This document shows, piece by piece, positions 61,496 to 64,000 of a DNA stretch of 64,000 bases. Source of the DNA: Candidatus Bathyarchaeota archaeon (GTDB lineage: Archaea; Thermoproteota; Bathyarchaeia; 40CM-2-53-6). Under the pieces are notes generated by a model. The model was not told the origin of the DNA and searched no databases. It was given only the letters and a program-made list of their open reading frames with translations. The stretch's first letter is position 1. Each line of letters begins with the position of its first letter. Both the position numbers and the translations under genes were made by a program. The DNA lies in contig CAWAOH010000016.1 of NCBI GenBank assembly GCA_963783645.1, positions 141,719 through 205,718 on the forward strand, in the 5' to 3' direction.

Positions 61496-64000
61496 TGGGA
61501 GAGGAGTACAATCAGCGGTGATGAGAAACCGTTCTGGAGCATTCCCAGCTCAGAGCTATTTGAGCAGCTTCAGACGACCCCTGAAGGTTTGACTAATGAT
61601 GAAGTTCAACGACGACTCTCGTCATATGGATACAATCTGTTAAAGGAAAAGAAGAAAGCTGACGCCATCACGCTTCTTCTTAATCAATTCAAGAGCCCTC
61701 TCGTAATCATCCTGCTGATTGCAGCTATACTTTCCATCTTTCTACAGGATCCCGCAAGTGCAACAATTATCTTGGCCATCGTCTTCGTCAGCGGCATACT
61801 CGGATTCTGGCAAGAACGCGGCGCAACCGATGCCGTGAAGAAGTTACTCTCAATCGTACAGGTCAATACGACTGCGCTGCGCAACGGAGAACCAAGCCAA
61901 ATTCCCATAGAGCAGATCGTACCAGGAGATGTCGTGATACTGAACGCGGGGAACATGGTTCCCGGTGACTGCACACTTATCGAAGTTAGGGACCTTTTCC
62001 TTGATGAAGCGACGCTAACGGGTGAGACTTACCCGGCAGAAAAATCCGTCGGTGTCCTTGCGCCTGACGCACCTTTGAGCGCTCGCTCAAACACTCTCTT
62101 CATGGGAACTCATGTCGTCAGCGGTACTGGCAAAGCTCTTGTCGTAACAACCGGGAAGAAAACCGAATTCGGACGAATTTCTGAAAGTCTTACGCTTAAA
62201 CCGCCAGAGACAGATTTTGAGCGTGGCATCAGGCGATTCGGCTACCTCCTCATGGAAATCACTCTAATCATGGTAATCGCAATTTTCGCTGTCAACGCCT
62301 ACTTCGGACGACCAATCCTTGTATCCTTTCTCTTCTCAGTGGCACTGGCAGTTGGTCTAACACCACAACTACTACCCGCCATCGTAACTGTAAATCTCGC
62401 GCACGGAGCGAAGGAAATGGCTACGCGGAAAGTCATCGTGAAACGACTTGTCTCAATTGAAAACTTTGGGAGCATGAACCTTCTCTGTTCGGACAAGACG
62501 GGAACCCTAACAGAAGGACAAGTACAGGTCCATTCCACCATTGATATCGAAGGTAACGCCAGCGAAAAGGTTCTCCTATACGCATGTCTGAACGCCAATT
62601 TTGAGAGCGGCTTTGCAAACCCCATAGACGAAGCAATCCGAGCGAAGAATACCTTCGACCTCACACCTTACAAGAAAGTGGACGAAGTGCCGTACGATTT
62701 TGTGCGGAAGAGACTCAGTATCCTGGTGTCAAAGGATAACGTGTATATCATGACGACGAAGGGCGCGGTACCAAACGTACTCGATGTCTGCGCCCAGGCA
62801 GAGACCTCGAATGGGGTCGTTCAGATTGCAGATGTTCGTGAGAAAATCCAGCAACGCTTCGAAGACTTGAGCCGTCAAGGTTTCCGGCTGCTTGGCGTGG
62901 CATACAAGAACGTTCTTGCTGACCGCATAGGCAAGGATCAAGAAACTCAGATGACTTTCTTGGGGTTTTTGCTTCTGTTTGATCCGCCTAAGCCGATGAT
63001 TAACAAGGTTCTGCAAGATCTACAGAACCTGGGAATTTCTTTAAAGATCATAACAGGAGACAACCGATTCGTCGCTGCATCTCTAAGCACACAGGTAGGA
63101 CTAACCAGTTCACGTGTTCTAACGGGCCCTGAACTCCATCTTATGAGTGACGAAGCGCTCCTTCAACAAGTCAAAGATACCGACGTGTTCGCCGAAGTCG
63201 ATCCCAATCATAAAGAGCGAATTATCTTAGCCTTCAAGAAGGTAGGATATGTAGTAGGCTTCATGGGTGATGGAATTAATGACGCCTCAGCACTCCATGC
63301 TGCAGACGTCGGAATCTCGGTGAACACTGCAGTAGACGTAGCCAAGGAGGCTGCTGACATCGTGTTACTTGAGAAAGACTTGGGTGTTCTTGTGGAGGGT
63401 GTTCAAGATGGTCGAAAAACTTTCGCTAACACTCTCAAGTACGTGTTCATGGCTGTGAGTGCCAATTTCGGAAACATGTTCAGCATGGCCGGAGCTTCAC
63501 TCTTCTTATCCTTCCTACCCTTGCTGCCCACGCAAGTTCTGCTTACAAATCTTATGACCGACTTCCCTGAAATGGCCATACCCACAGATAGCGTTGACAG
63601 CGTCATGGTGCAGAAACCCAGACGCTGGAACGTAAAATTCATCCGGGACTTCATGATGACTTTCGGTCTCCTTAGTTCGGTCTTCGACTACGCAACATTC
63701 GGTGTACTTCTCTTCATTTTGCATGCAACAGTGGATCAATTCAGAACAGGTTGGTTCATTGAATCAGTGGTCTCCGCCACTCTGATTGTGTTGATCATTC
63801 GTACTCAACAGTCGTTCTTCAGAAGTAAGCCTAGCAAATATCTTCTGTTTGCAACAGTATCCGTAGTAATTGCAACTGTGCTTCTGCCCTTTACGGCCCT
63901 GGGAAAGTTGTTTGGATTTGTTCCTGTCTCGCTTACTTTCCTTCTGCTCGCTGCGATTATTGTTGGACTATACGTTCTGAGCGCGGAATTAGCCAAGCGG
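61496..64000 (+). CDS. mgtA: P-type ATPase, Mg2+-transporting (MgtA-like, type IIIB), 3'-partial
   Basis: Own translation of frame 2: ..GLTNDEVQRRLSSYGYNLL.., TGES-type actuator region, LCSDKTGTLTEG phosphorylation site, MGDGINDASAL hinge. Open to the end of the window; probable TTG start at 61496. Confidence 0.8.

Noticed and set aside
1-64000. Search for CRISPR arrays, rRNA genes, integrase/transposase genes or obvious prophage/plasmid modules
   Set aside because: No regularly spaced direct repeats, no rRNA-like conserved stretches, and no recombinase-like ORFs were seen. The accessory character of 22-30 kb rests on gene content, not on mobile-element hallmarks.

Overview
This 64-kb window looks archaeal. 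Supporting signs are a DUF35 Zn-ribbon/OB-fold partner next to a thiolase, an archaeal-type PEP carboxylase relic, TrmB and stand-alone Lrp/RAM regulators, many small wHTH proteins, KaiC-like and roadblock proteins, TatA, and split methylmalonyl-CoA mutase subunits. Protein composition (rich in S/T/Q/N) suggests a mesophile; phylum cannot be fixed from the sequence alone, though the content is compatible with a Thaumarchaeota-like autotroph. About 70 coding features are called. Central carbon and CoA metabolism dominates: two paralogous methylmalonyl-CoA mutase catalytic subunits arranged divergently with the G-protein chaperone MeaB and one B12-binding small subunit; acetyl/propionyl-CoA carboxylase subunits (accC, accB, and pccB 14 kb away); thiolase plus DUF35; and carA with carB. 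The rest are a two-ORF MetE-like pair plus a MetF-like reductase, pyrE, bioY, tatA, thrC, a beta-carbonic anhydrase with a Tat signal, a partial substrate-binding protein (SBP) at the 5' edge, and a partial Mg-type P-type ATPase at the 3' edge. Four things stand out. (1) A membrane-spanning protein with an extracytoplasmic repeat domain and two cytoplasmic wHTH domains. (2) An accessory island (22-28 kb) combining TrmB, KaiC-like, roadblock and wHTH genes with a mucin-like S/T-rich surface protein carrying a cytoplasmic zinc ribbon. (3) An archaeal-type PEPC with an apparent in-frame internal deletion. (4) Widespread gene damage: at least 12 genes are interrupted by single-nucleotide frame changes, at least one at a homopolymer, and there are 3 clear gene fragments and three ~1.2-kb A+C-rich non-coding islands. 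The damage points either to indel-type assembly errors or to real pseudogenisation. No CRISPR, rRNA, convincing tRNA or classic mobile-element genes were found.
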